Source of the DNA: Nitrospirales bacterium
GTDB taxonomy: Bacteria; Nitrospirota; Nitrospiria; Nitrospirales; UBA8639
NCBI GenBank assembly: GCA_965207175.1
Contig: OZ242269.1
Coordinates: 1,479,765 to 1,543,764, forward strand
Reading direction: 5' to 3'
Length of the DNA stretch: 64,000 bases
Both the position numbers and the translations under genes were made by a program. Positions 9,435 through 18,442 of this stretch are shown one piece after another. The notes below the pieces were generated by a model. The model saw only the letters and a list, made by a program, of their open reading frames with translations, searched no databases and was not told the origin of the DNA. Position 1 is the first letter of the stretch; each line of letters starts with the position of its first letter.

Positions 9435-10181
9435 ATGGCAATCACTACGGTGTGTCTCATTATGTTGCTCGGTGTCCCGTTTGTGTCGCCGACAATGGGG
9501 ATGAGCATGGAATTTGAACGACTGGCCCATCCCTTCCCCCGACAGGACGAACGGGATCATATGGTGCGGGAGCAAATCCTTGCGCGGGGGGTCCGCGAGC
9601 CTGCGGTCATTCGGGCTTTGCGAACGGTGCCCCGGCATGAATTTGTGCCAGCCGACGTTTCCGCCGAAGCCTATGACGATCATCCGCTGCCCATCGGGTA
9701 CGGACAAACCATTTCGCAACCGTACATTGTGGCGTATATGACCGAAGCGCTGCATCTTCAGTCACGCGAACGGGTATTGGAAATTGGGACGGGGTCGGGA
9801 TATCAGGCCGCCATTCTGGCACAAGTGGCCGCCACGGTCTTCACCATTGAGATCGTCGGAGAGCTGGCCGAACGAGCCAGCCGGATGTTCCACAAGTTGG
9901 GCATCCCCAATATCACCAGTCGGGCGGGAGACGGCTATCAAGGCTGGCCGGAGGCCGCGCCCTTTGATGCGATTATTCTCACAGCCGCACCAGAGCATCT
10001 TCCCCAACCGCTCCTGGATCAGCTTGCGCCAGGCGGGCGCATGATTCTGCCCATGGGAAAAACGACGCAACGCCTGCTTCTCCTCACCAGAACTCCCAAA
10101 GGGATCACGCGCAAAGATTTGTTGCCGGTCGTGTTCGTGCCGATGACGGGAGAAGCGCAAACGCATGAGCCGACTCCGTAG
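9435..10181 (+). CDS. pcm: Protein-L-isoaspartate O-methyltransferase
   Basis: TISQPYIVAYM, VLEIGTGSGYQAAILA (SAM motif I), DAIILTAA and GGRMILPMG. The start is uncertain: 9435, or the Met codons at 9495/9501/9507, which give a more typical length. Confidence 0.85.
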   Translation: MAITTVCLIMLLGVPFVSPTMGMSMEFERLAHPFPRQDERDHMVREQILARGVREPAVIRALRTVPRHEFVPADVSAEAYDDHPLPIGYGQTISQPYIVAYMTEALHLQSRERVLEIGTGSGYQAAILAQVAATVFTIEIVGELAERASRMFHKLGIPNITSRAGDGYQGWPEAAPFDAIILTAAPEHLPQPLLDQLAPGGRMILPMGKTTQRLLLLTRTPKGITRKDLLPVVFVPMTGEAQTHEPTP

Positions 10182-10396
10182 CATCAGCAACGCAGGCAGG
10201 CGGTAGCGCAGAACAAGTTCGTACCGATGACGGGAATGGCCGCCGACACGAGGCATCCATCCCATGTCCGTCGGGAACAGTCCCTCCGCAACCTTTCATC
10301 ACCCGTTACGCTTCCAATATAATACACGGCCATGACCCTTCCAAAAGAAACGCGGCGCGCAGCGCATTCGCGGAACATCCAAAAACGGGAACGACC

Positions 10397-11251
10397 ATGA
10401 CCAATTCATTTTTTAAAGGCCACGGGCTTGGTAATGATTACATTGCCCTGGATCCCAAACACTTGACGTTTACGCTGACCCCCGGAACCATTCGGGCGAT
10501 ATGCGACCGACATTGGGGCGTGGGAAGCGATGGCATTCTGGCGCTGACACCGTCCAGAAAAGCCGACTTCGGATTGCGGATTTTCAACCCGGACGGCAGC
10601 GAGGCGGAAAAATCCGGAAACGGGTTGCGCATCTTCGGCTGTTTTCTCTACGCCACGAGAAAGACGCGGCGCCGGTCGTTTTCAGTCGAAACCAAAGGCG
10701 GGCTGGCGCATGTGGAACTGGACGTGGACAGGAAAGGACAGGTCAAGGGGGCCACCGTGGACATGGGCCGGGCTTCGTTTCATCCGCATGACTTGCCCTG
10801 CACCATTAAGGCACGGGAGCTGATCCAGCAACCGATCAAAGCCGTGGGGGAATCCCTGCGCTTTACGGGAGTGAGCGTCGGCAACCCGCATTGTGTGATC
10901 TTTCAGGACGCGGGCGGGCAGTGGACGCGGGAGGCGTTGCTCCGCATGGGGCCGGCACTGGAAACGCACCCCACCTTCCCCAAACACACCAACGTCCAAC
11001 TGGCCGTTCCCACCGGCCCGCACACCGTGTCCATTCTCATCTGGGAACGCGGGGCCGGCGAAACGCAGGCATCCGGCTCCTCCGCCTGTGCCGTAGCCTG
11101 CGCGGGCGTGCGACTGGGACTTGTCAAAAGCCCGGTCAAAGTCGTGGCCCCCGGCGGCAAACTGGACATCACAGTAGACGCCCGATACAACCTGACAATG
11201 AAAGGCCCCGTGGCCGAAGTGTATCAGGGACGGTTCAGCGGGAAGCCGTGA
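10397..11251 (+). CDS. dapF: Diaminopimelate epimerase
   Basis: 284-aa ORF with FFKGHGLGNDYIALD, VGNPHCVIF and ERGAGETQASGSSACA (the two catalytic-Cys motifs). Confidence 0.9.
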   Translation: MTNSFFKGHGLGNDYIALDPKHLTFTLTPGTIRAICDRHWGVGSDGILALTPSRKADFGLRIFNPDGSEAEKSGNGLRIFGCFLYATRKTRRRSFSVETKGGLAHVELDVDRKGQVKGATVDMGRASFHPHDLPCTIKARELIQQPIKAVGESLRFTGVSVGNPHCVIFQDAGGQWTREALLRMGPALETHPTFPKHTNVQLAVPTGPHTVSILIWERGAGETQASGSSACAVACAGVRLGLVKSPVKVVAPGGKLDITVDARYNLTMKGPVAEVYQGRFSGKP

Positions 11252-11268
11252 CGGGAACAGACAGAGCC

Positions 11269-11562
11269 ATGAAAGCAAACGAGAAAGACAAGTCCCTTGA
11301 ATCCTGGATTTGGAATGCCGCCTGCTCCATCCGCGGCGCCAGGGACGCGCCGAAATACAAAGACTACATCCTGCCGTTGATTTTCACCAAACGCCTTTGC
11401 GATGTGTTTGATGATGAACTCGACTGCATCGCCGACACCCTCATCGGCTGGAAGGAAGAAGAAAAATTCAGCCGCATCGTCGAAGACCTGAACGCCGTAG
11501 AAACCGAGGCGCGGGCGACGGATAAGGCGTTGCGGAAAAGCATCACCCAACTCGGAATATGA
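11269..11562 (+). pseudogene. Relic of a type I methyltransferase (HsdM N-terminal helix region fused to a C-terminal tail; catalytic domain deleted)
   Basis: Met-127 of ORF 10891..11562 gives a 97-aa product. LESWIWNAACSIRGARDAPKYKDYILPLIFTKRLCDVFDDEL is a classic HsdM_N signature. It then runs straight into a short coiled-coil-like tail (...VETEARATDKALRKSITQLGI) with no SAM-binding or NPPF/Y motif. The stop overlaps the next ATG (ATGA). Confidence 0.7.
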
Positions 11563-11975
11563 GCGATCTGATACTCTACACATCCGAGGACGGCAACACC
11601 CGGCTCGACCTGCGGGCGGAGGGGCAGACCATCTGGCTCACCCAGACCGAAGTCGCCGAACTCTTCCAAACCACCAAGCAGAACGTCTCCCTCCACGCCA
11701 AAAACATCTTCAGGGAAGGCGAACTGGCCCAGGATTCAGTTGTCAAGGATTCCTTGACAACTGCCACCGACGGCAAGCGATATAGCACCAAGGTGTACAA
11801 CCTTGACCTCATCCTCGCCATCGGCTACCGCGTCCGCTCCCCGCGCGGCACCCAGTTCCGCCAGTGGGCCACCACCCACATGCGCGCCATCGTCCGGGAA
11901 AACCCACGGCTACAAGGCATCATCAACCGCGTCGGCGACACCCAAACCTTTCACCCTAATCTTTTAGCCACATGA
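11559..11975 (+). pseudogene. RhuM-family protein, N-terminal fragment only (138 aa)
   Basis: IWLTQTEVAELFQTTKQNVSLHAKNIFREGEL...YNLDLILAIGYRVRSPRGTQFRQWAT matches the conserved RhuM N-terminal half. The usual C-terminal half is missing and the last ~30 aa diverge. ATGA overlaps occur at both ends. RhuM genes are commonly inserted between hsdM and hsdS. Confidence 0.7.
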
Positions 11976-14041
11976 CCCAACCCACGTCACATCTCGACAA
12001 GCCCCGCCTTAACAACAAGGCCGACGAAATCTGGAAATCGGCAGAGCGGTTGCGCGGAAAATTCAAGGCTCACGAATACCAAGTCGTCATCCTGCCCATC
12101 ATCACAATCCGTCGTCTTGAGTGTGTGCTAATAAATTGGCGCGAAGAGAAGGCCGAGGAAGTTCGATCAAAGCGAAAAAGTATATCCGATGAAAAACTTA
12201 ACCAGCTTGTTAAGAAACTCGAGTCGAACCCCGCGCAGTCTCCCGGCTTCTCCAACTCCACCCCCTGGACACTCCGCAAGATCTACGAGGAGGACCACAC
12301 GCTGCTCGAAAAGAACTTCCGCGCCTACCTCAACGGCTTCTCGGAGACCGTGCAGGACATCCTTGAAAGCTTCGACTACCGCGCCGTCATCGGCAAGATG
12401 GTCAAGAACGCCCGTCTCGCGCCGATCCTGAATCAGTACTCCACGCTCGACCTCGGCCCGGACAAACTCTCCAGCCTGGAGATGGGCTACATCTACGAGG
12501 AATTGCTCCGGCGCTTCTCGGAAGCCCACGCCGAGGCAGCCGGGGATCACTTCACCCCGCGCGAGGTCATCCGCCTCATGGTTGAGCTGCTGGAAATCCC
12601 CATCCCCGACCGCCACACCTCCATTTACGATCCCGCCTGCGGCACCGGCGGCATGCTCTACGTGGCCAAAGAGCACTTGCTCGACAAGGCTAAGACTGAC
12701 GAGGAACGCGGCCGCGTGCAGAAATACATCACCCTGCATGGCACCGAGCTGATGGCCGAGACCTACGCCATCGCCCGTTCCGAGGCGCTGATCCGCGGCG
12801 AGGGTCAGGCCACCATCCATTGGGGCAACTCGCTCATCCCTCACGATCCGCAGAGCAAGGAACCCGGCGACCAGTTCCCCGAGTCCGCCAAGGCGAACCA
12901 CTTCGACTACATGCTCAGCAATCCGCCCTTCGGTGTCACCTGGGGCGGCAAGGACGGCTACCAGACCGAGGCCGGGAAGCTCCGCAACACCCGCTACATC
13001 GCCGGCATGCCCGCGGTGAACGACGGCTCGCTGCTCTTCCTCCAGACCATCCTCGCCAAGCAGAAAAAGCCCGAGCAGGGCGTCAGCAAGACCGCCATCA
13101 TTTTCAATGGCTCACCGCTCAGCAATGGGGACTGCGGCGAGGGCGAGAGCGAGATCCGTCGCTGGATCATCGAGAACGACTGGCTCGACACTATCGTCAT
13201 GCTGCCCAACGAGCTGTTCTACAACACTGGCATCTACACCTACATCTGGCTGCTGCGCAATGACCGCGCCGCCATCGGGCGCGACGGCCGCATCATGATC
13301 ATTGACGGGCGCAAGCAGTTTGAAAAAGAGCCCAAATCCTTCGGCAACAAACGCAATCGCATCGTAGAATCACACCGTCAATGGATTGAGCAACGCTATC
13401 AGAAAGGCTGGAAAAAGGGTTTCGAGGATGACGACGTGCGCTTCTTCACCCAGGCCGCCTTCGCCTTCCACAAGGTGGAGGTCGTCTTCTGGCAGACCGA
13501 TGAAAACGACCAGCCCGCCATCATCACCGAGCCCTTCCCGGTGCAGTTCAAGGCCGCCAATGTGAAGTCCAGGCAGGATTTCTACGCCAGCGAGATGACC
13601 CTCCACATCCGCGTCACCAGTCCGAAGAGCAAGAAGCTCCACGAGTTCGATCTCACCCTCGGCCCGGACGACAGCTTCGTGAAACTCTACAAGGCAGAGA
13701 TCGAGAAATGCTTCGGCAAGGAAATGGACAAGATCACCGCCGCCACCCTCGACCGGCTGGAAACAGAGGTCAGCTACACCCACCGTCACTACATCAAGGA
13801 CGACGAATACATCCCCTTCGATGCCCAAGGAAAGCCGGACACCTACATCCCCGCCTTCCTCAAACGCGAGATCGAGAAACCCATCATCAGCTGGCAGGAC
13901 CGCCCGCAGCTCGGCTACGAAATCCTGCCCAACAAATACTTCTACCGCTACACGCCACCGCCTGCCGCCGATGATTTGTTGAAGCAGTTCTGGACGTTGG
14001 AGAAAGAGGCCGAAGGGCTTTTGAAGGGACTCGTTAGATGA
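11972..14041 (+). CDS. hsdM: Type I restriction-modification system methyltransferase subunit M (long, 689-aa form)
   Basis: N-terminal EIWKSAERLRGKFKAHEYQVVILPIITIRRLECVL, then AGDHFTPREVIRLMVELL, SIYDPACGTGGML (SAM motif I) and LSNPPFG (N6-adenine motif IV). This N-terminal type differs from the relic at 11269. Confidence 0.92.
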   Translation: MTQPTSHLDKPRLNNKADEIWKSAERLRGKFKAHEYQVVILPIITIRRLECVLINWREEKAEEVRSKRKSISDEKLNQLVKKLESNPAQSPGFSNSTPWTLRKIYEEDHTLLEKNFRAYLNGFSETVQDILESFDYRAVIGKMVKNARLAPILNQYSTLDLGPDKLSSLEMGYIYEELLRRFSEAHAEAAGDHFTPREVIRLMVELLEIPIPDRHTSIYDPACGTGGMLYVAKEHLLDKAKTDEERGRVQKYITLHGTELMAETYAIARSEALIRGEGQATIHWGNSLIPHDPQSKEPGDQFPESAKANHFDYMLSNPPFGVTWGGKDGYQTEAGKLRNTRYIAGMPAVNDGSLLFLQTILAKQKKPEQGVSKTAIIFNGSPLSNGDCGEGESEIRRWIIENDWLDTIVMLPNELFYNTGIYTYIWLLRNDRAAIGRDGRIMIIDGRKQFEKEPKSFGNKRNRIVESHRQWIEQRYQKGWKKGFEDDDVRFFTQAAFAFHKVEVVFWQTDENDQPAIITEPFPVQFKAANVKSRQDFYASEMTLHIRVTSPKSKKLHEFDLTLGPDDSFVKLYKAEIEKCFGKEMDKITAATLDRLETEVSYTHRHYIKDDEYIPFDAQGKPDTYIPAFLKREIEKPIISWQDRPQLGYEILPNKYFYRYTPPPAADDLLKQFWTLEKEAEGLLKGLVR

Positions 14042-15393
14042 TAGCAAACAGCACACAACGACCAGACGCCTGGCGCGATCTCATTCCGAACCACTGGAAA
14101 TCTGATCGCCTCAGTAAATTCGCGGACATCATCGTCAGCAACGTCGATAAAAAGACTGAGGATGGTGAAGATCTAGTGCTTCTCTGCAACTACGTTGACG
14201 TTTACAAAAACGACCGCATCACTGCGGACATCCCTTTCATGGAGGCATCCGCAACGCCGCATGAAATCGCAAAATTCACTCTCCATCGGGACGATGTGAT
14301 TACGACGAAGGACTCAGAGAACCCGCTCGACATCGCCATCCCTTCACTCGTGGCGGAAGATATTGAAGACGTGCTTTGCGGGTATCATCTCGCGATTGTG
14401 CGGTCAGAAAAACGCCATCTATTTGGCCCCTATCTATCGTGGCTGCACGTTTCCCAAACCATTCGGGCGCACTATGAGATGCATGCCACCGGTATTACTC
14501 GGTGGGCGATCGGACGAAAACACTTTAAGACATGTCCCATCCCCCTCCCGCCGCTCCACGAGCAGAAGCGGATTGCGGCGTATCTGGACGCGAGTTGCGC
14601 GGCGATTGACCGGGCGGTGGAGACGAAACAGAAGCAGCTCGAAACCCTCGACGCCCTCCGCAAATCCATCATCCAACGCGCCGTCACCCAAGGACTCAAC
14701 CCGAAGGCGAAGATGAAGGATTCGGGCGTGGAGTGGCTGGGACGTGTGCCGGAGCATTGGAAACGAAGGACTATCAAACGGGTTTGCGAATTTTCTCCAA
14801 CATATTCTCAAGGAAAACCAGAAGCGCATGAGGCGTGCACTTTCGTTCCCATGGCGTCGGTATCAACCTTAGGTGTCATCGACATCTCTGATGTTAAACC
14901 GATGTCGGATATTACTGCAGGCCTGAACTTGTTTGAAAATGGAGACGTTATATTCGCCAAAATCACACCATGCATGGAAAATGGGAAAGGCGCTGTTATA
15001 AGAAATCTGATTACTCATTTCGCGTATGGAAGCACTGAATTTCATGTCATGCGTCCTAACCACGCAATCATTGCTGACTATTTATATTTCTATCTACACA
15101 ATAAAGTTTTTCGCGAGTGGGCGGAGAAGAATATGCATGGGGCAGCGGGTCAACAGCGCGTGGGAACTAAATTCTTAAAATACACTTATATTTTCATCCC
15201 AACAGAAGACGAACAAATTGAAATTATTAAATATGTCAGACAGCGCTTAGAAGAAATTACCAGCATTGAAGAAAATGTAAGTCGTCAAATCGCCACCCTA
15301 ACCGCCTACCGAAAATCTCTTATCCACGAATGTGTCACCGGCAAGCGGCGCATTTCCGATTCGGATGTTGCCAAGGTTGAAGCCCATGTTTGA
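14038..15393 (+). CDS. hsdS: Type I restriction-modification specificity subunit S
   Basis: 451 aa with two target-recognition regions. They are separated by the conserved helical spacers PLPPLHEQKRIAAYLDASCAAIDRAVETKQKQLETLDALRKSIIQRAVTQGL and PTEDEQIEIIKYVRQRLEEITSIEENVSRQIATLTAYRKSLIHECVTGKRRI. ATGA overlap with hsdM. Confidence 0.9.
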   Translation: MIANSTQRPDAWRDLIPNHWKSDRLSKFADIIVSNVDKKTEDGEDLVLLCNYVDVYKNDRITADIPFMEASATPHEIAKFTLHRDDVITTKDSENPLDIAIPSLVAEDIEDVLCGYHLAIVRSEKRHLFGPYLSWLHVSQTIRAHYEMHATGITRWAIGRKHFKTCPIPLPPLHEQKRIAAYLDASCAAIDRAVETKQKQLETLDALRKSIIQRAVTQGLNPKAKMKDSGVEWLGRVPEHWKRRTIKRVCEFSPTYSQGKPEAHEACTFVPMASVSTLGVIDISDVKPMSDITAGLNLFENGDVIFAKITPCMENGKGAVIRNLITHFAYGSTEFHVMRPNHAIIADYLYFYLHNKVFREWAEKNMHGAAGQQRVGTKFLKYTYIFIPTEDEQIEIIKYVRQRLEEITSIEENVSRQIATLTAYRKSLIHECVTGKRRISDSDVAKVEAHV

Positions 15394-18300
15394 AGGACCG
15401 GAAAAGAAGTTTCAGCAGCACATCGCGAACTTCCTCGTCCGCGAACATGGCTTCGCCGTACTCACCCAGGACGAGATCACCGACACGGAGTTCTACTTTG
15501 CCGAGGATCACCTCTACGCCTTCCTCAAGGCCACCCAAAGCGAAACCCTCGAACGGCTGGAAGTGGACTACGGCAGCGATTCCCGCGACGAGATATTCAA
15601 GGCGCTGCGTGAAGAGATCGACCGCCGCCCCTTGTGGTCAATCATCCGCACCGGCTTGAGTGCGCGTGGACATGACTTCAATCTCTACTTCCCCAAGCCG
15701 CGCTCCAGCGAGAGCGTCACCAATGAGCATTACGGCGAGAACCGGATCACCTTCATCCCCGAGCTGCTCATCAAAGGGGCGAAGCGCCTAGACTTCGGCT
15801 TCTTTCTCAACGGCCTGCCCATCGTCACGATGGAGCTGAAGCACGAGGCCAATCAGAACGTGCACGACGCCGTCGCCCAATACGTCGCCCGCGACCACAG
15901 CGACCGAATTTTCCAACTGCCCTTCCTCCACATCGCCGCCGACACCAGCGACGTGCAGGTGGCCACCGACCCACGGGCGGAAAATAACTTCCGTTGGTTC
16001 AATACGGGGCTGAGCAACCATCCCCAGACGACAGGCGAATACCCGGTGGAGTTCCTCTACCGCGAGGTACTCTCAAAAGACAGTCTGCTGGAAGCGGTTG
16101 CCTTCTACCTCGTCCAGGCTCCCAGGCAGGATGCCGCCGAGGACCGCCCCGAACGTCCCGCCTTCACGCTTTTTCCTCGCTATCACCAGCGACGTTGCGT
16201 GGAGAAGATCGCGCAGGAAACCCAAGGCCATTTCGCCGAGCATGGCGACGTGGGCCGCAAGTTTCTGGTCAACCACTCCGCCGGTTCCGGCAAGACACTG
16301 ACTATGTGCTGGCTGGCCGACCGCTTGCATAGCCTCTACAAGCCGGGCACATCGGAAAAGATGGTCAACATGGTCTTCCTGCTCACCGACCGGAAGTCCC
16401 TCGACAAGAACATCCGTGAGGACATGGAAAAATTCTCGCATCTCAAGGACGTGGTGCGCTATGCCAAGCACTCTGGCGATCTTGGCTGGTTCCTCCGCGA
16501 TCACGAGCAGATCATCGTTACCACCCAGCAGAAGTTTCACTACATTCTCGACAAGATCGCGAATGAAGAAGGGCTCAAGGATTTGCGCGTGGCCTTCCTG
16601 ATAGACGAAGCGCATCGCTCGCAAGAGGGCAGTATGGCCACCGACATCCGCACGCCGTTCCGTGATGCGTCGGTGACCGAGTTTCGAATGGACCTGAGCA
16701 TGGTCGCCGAAGATCCCGCGCTTTATTATGAGGTAGACAATGAAGAGGAACCAGCAGAGTCTCCGACTCTTGCCGAGACTCATGAGGCGGGCGCACCCGA
16801 CGCGGAAGACACCTTGGAGCAGGATGACCTGCAGGACCGAATCGCCAAGGTCATCCGCGAGCGCGACCTGAATCAACTTTTCGTGGCCTTTACCGCCACG
16901 CCTTCGCCCGCCACGGTGCAACTCTTCGGCGAGCCTTTCGACACCTACTCGGAAGACGAGGCCATTCAGGAAGGCTACATCGTGGATGTGGCCCAGAGCA
17001 TCATTTCCTACAAGACGCTCTACCACCTGCATTGCCGGATCATCCCGCCGCCGGAGGAGGAGAGGCTCTACCCGTCCAGTATCGTAGCCAAGGCCCTGAA
17101 GAACGTGGCTTTTCAGGATTCGGAGCTGGTCCAATACAAGGCGGAGGTCATGCTGCGGATCTTCGAGGAGCAGGTAAAGCCGCTTATCAACGGCAGGGCC
17201 AAGGCGATGATTGTGGTCACTTCGCGCATTGCGGGACTGGAGTATTTCCGTGTGATCCAGCGAAAGCTCAATGAGCGCGAGGCCGATTACAAGGTGCTCT
17301 ACGCTTTCAGCGATTTCGTTCACCCAGGCACCAACCAAGTGTTCACTGAACACGCTGTGAACGAGTTAAACGATGGCGAACTGATCGAAGACCGCTTCGA
17401 GGAGGAGAGCTACCGGCTCATGATCGTTGCGAGCAAGTTTCAGACGGGCTTCGACCAGCCCTTGCTCGCCGGGATGTTTCTCGACAGGGCTGTGGCCGAT
17501 CGGAACGCGGTGCAGACTATTTCCCGCCTCAACCGCTGCCACCCGGATAAGAGCGGCGTGGTGGTGGTTGACTTCACCAACAACGCCAAGGCAATCCTCA
17601 AAGCGTTTAACAAGTATCGCCACGGATCACCGCACGAACCGGATGAACCCGACCAGCAGAAATGCCTTGAACTTTGCGAGGAGATTCTCGCAGTTGGGCT
17701 GTTCACCCAGGACGACGCGCCTCCGGTGGTTGAGTTGATCAAAGCAAACAACGCCCCCGCATTGCAAACCTGTGCCAGTGAACTGCGCCAACGCTTCCAA
17801 GCGCATATCACTGACCCCGAGGAGCGGAAGAGATTCGTCTACCTGCTCGCCAAGTTCGTAAAGAGCTACCACTTCCTCAGCAGCTTCTTCCGTTACGAGG
17901 AACCAGTGCGGAAGTTTGTCGCCTTCTGCGAGTTCATCGGTCCCCAGCTCATCAAAGCGGGGTCGGTGTCAGAGCTGATGAAACTGGTTCGCGCCACAGT
18001 CGTCGAGAAGGCGGCGGTGACTTATGAAGGCGAAGTCGAAATGCTCGGTGGCCTCAAGAAGCCAAAGGCCAGTAAAGGTGGTGGTGGCGGGGCTCCTCCG
18101 GTACAGAAAATCTCGGTGCAGGACATGATCAGTAAAATTCGGGAGACCGTCAATATCAGCGAGGAAGAAGCTCTGCACATCCGGGAGGTGTCCGAGGAGA
18201 AGCTTGAAGACGAGTCGATTCGGCAGACTGTCGTTGCCCACAAGACTGACGAATATTTCTTGGAATCTGTCTACAAGGGACAGGTCAACAAAGGTATTCA

Positions 18301-18430
18301 AGAGGCCTACGCACTGCGTAAGCTATACGAACAACTCGGCGATCCGAAGTATATCGACAGGGGCGCCATTTTCGACATTATGGCCCTCACGGTGATCGAG
18401 AAAAGTCTGGAGCTGGCGGTGGAAAGTTAG
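15386..18430 (+). CDS. hsdR: Type I restriction enzyme R subunit (HsdR)
   Basis: Met-19 of ORF 15332..18430 (ATGTTTGA overlap with the hsdS stop). N-terminal MFEGPEKKFQQHIANFLVREHGF...PIVTMELKHE nuclease region, then VNHSAGSGKTLTM (motif I), FLIDEAHRSQ (DEAH), FTATPS (motif III) and SRLNR (motif VI). Confidence 0.92.
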   Translation: MFEGPEKKFQQHIANFLVREHGFAVLTQDEITDTEFYFAEDHLYAFLKATQSETLERLEVDYGSDSRDEIFKALREEIDRRPLWSIIRTGLSARGHDFNLYFPKPRSSESVTNEHYGENRITFIPELLIKGAKRLDFGFFLNGLPIVTMELKHEANQNVHDAVAQYVARDHSDRIFQLPFLHIAADTSDVQVATDPRAENNFRWFNTGLSNHPQTTGEYPVEFLYREVLSKDSLLEAVAFYLVQAPRQDAAEDRPERPAFTLFPRYHQRRCVEKIAQETQGHFAEHGDVGRKFLVNHSAGSGKTLTMCWLADRLHSLYKPGTSEKMVNMVFLLTDRKSLDKNIREDMEKFSHLKDVVRYAKHSGDLGWFLRDHEQIIVTTQQKFHYILDKIANEEGLKDLRVAFLIDEAHRSQEGSMATDIRTPFRDASVTEFRMDLSMVAEDPALYYEVDNEEEPAESPTLAETHEAGAPDAEDTLEQDDLQDRIAKVIRERDLNQLFVAFTATPSPATVQLFGEPFDTYSEDEAIQEGYIVDVAQSIISYKTLYHLHCRIIPPPEEERLYPSSIVAKALKNVAFQDSELVQYKAEVMLRIFEEQVKPLINGRAKAMIVVTSRIAGLEYFRVIQRKLNEREADYKVLYAFSDFVHPGTNQVFTEHAVNELNDGELIEDRFEEESYRLMIVASKFQTGFDQPLLAGMFLDRAVADRNAVQTISRLNRCHPDKSGVVVVDFTNNAKAILKAFNKYRHGSPHEPDEPDQQKCLELCEEILAVGLFTQDDAPPVVELIKANNAPALQTCASELRQRFQAHITDPEERKRFVYLLAKFVKSYHFLSSFFRYEEPVRKFVAFCEFIGPQLIKAGSVSELMKLVRATVVEKAAVTYEGEVEMLGGLKKPKASKGGGGGAPPVQKISVQDMISKIRETVNISEEEALHIREVSEEKLEDESIRQTVVAHKTDEYFLESVYKGQVNKGIQEAYALRKLYEQLGDPKYIDRGAIFDIMALTVIEKSLELAVES

Positions 18431-18442
18431 AAGAAGGTACTT

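Noticed and set aside
8968-9517. Long ORFs running through the repeat arrays. Examples are 8968..9504, 9041..9517, 22346..22986, 24133..24834, 24129..24674, 25585..26151 and 60690..61327, which encode peptides such as VILTEGGNPGW, WIPEQGSRMTEKE or SFSPAGGNP.
   Set aside because: Several frames on both strands are open at the same place purely because the repeat periods are multiples of 3 and stop-poor. The 'proteins' are just translated hairpin units, with no start context or domain-like sequence.
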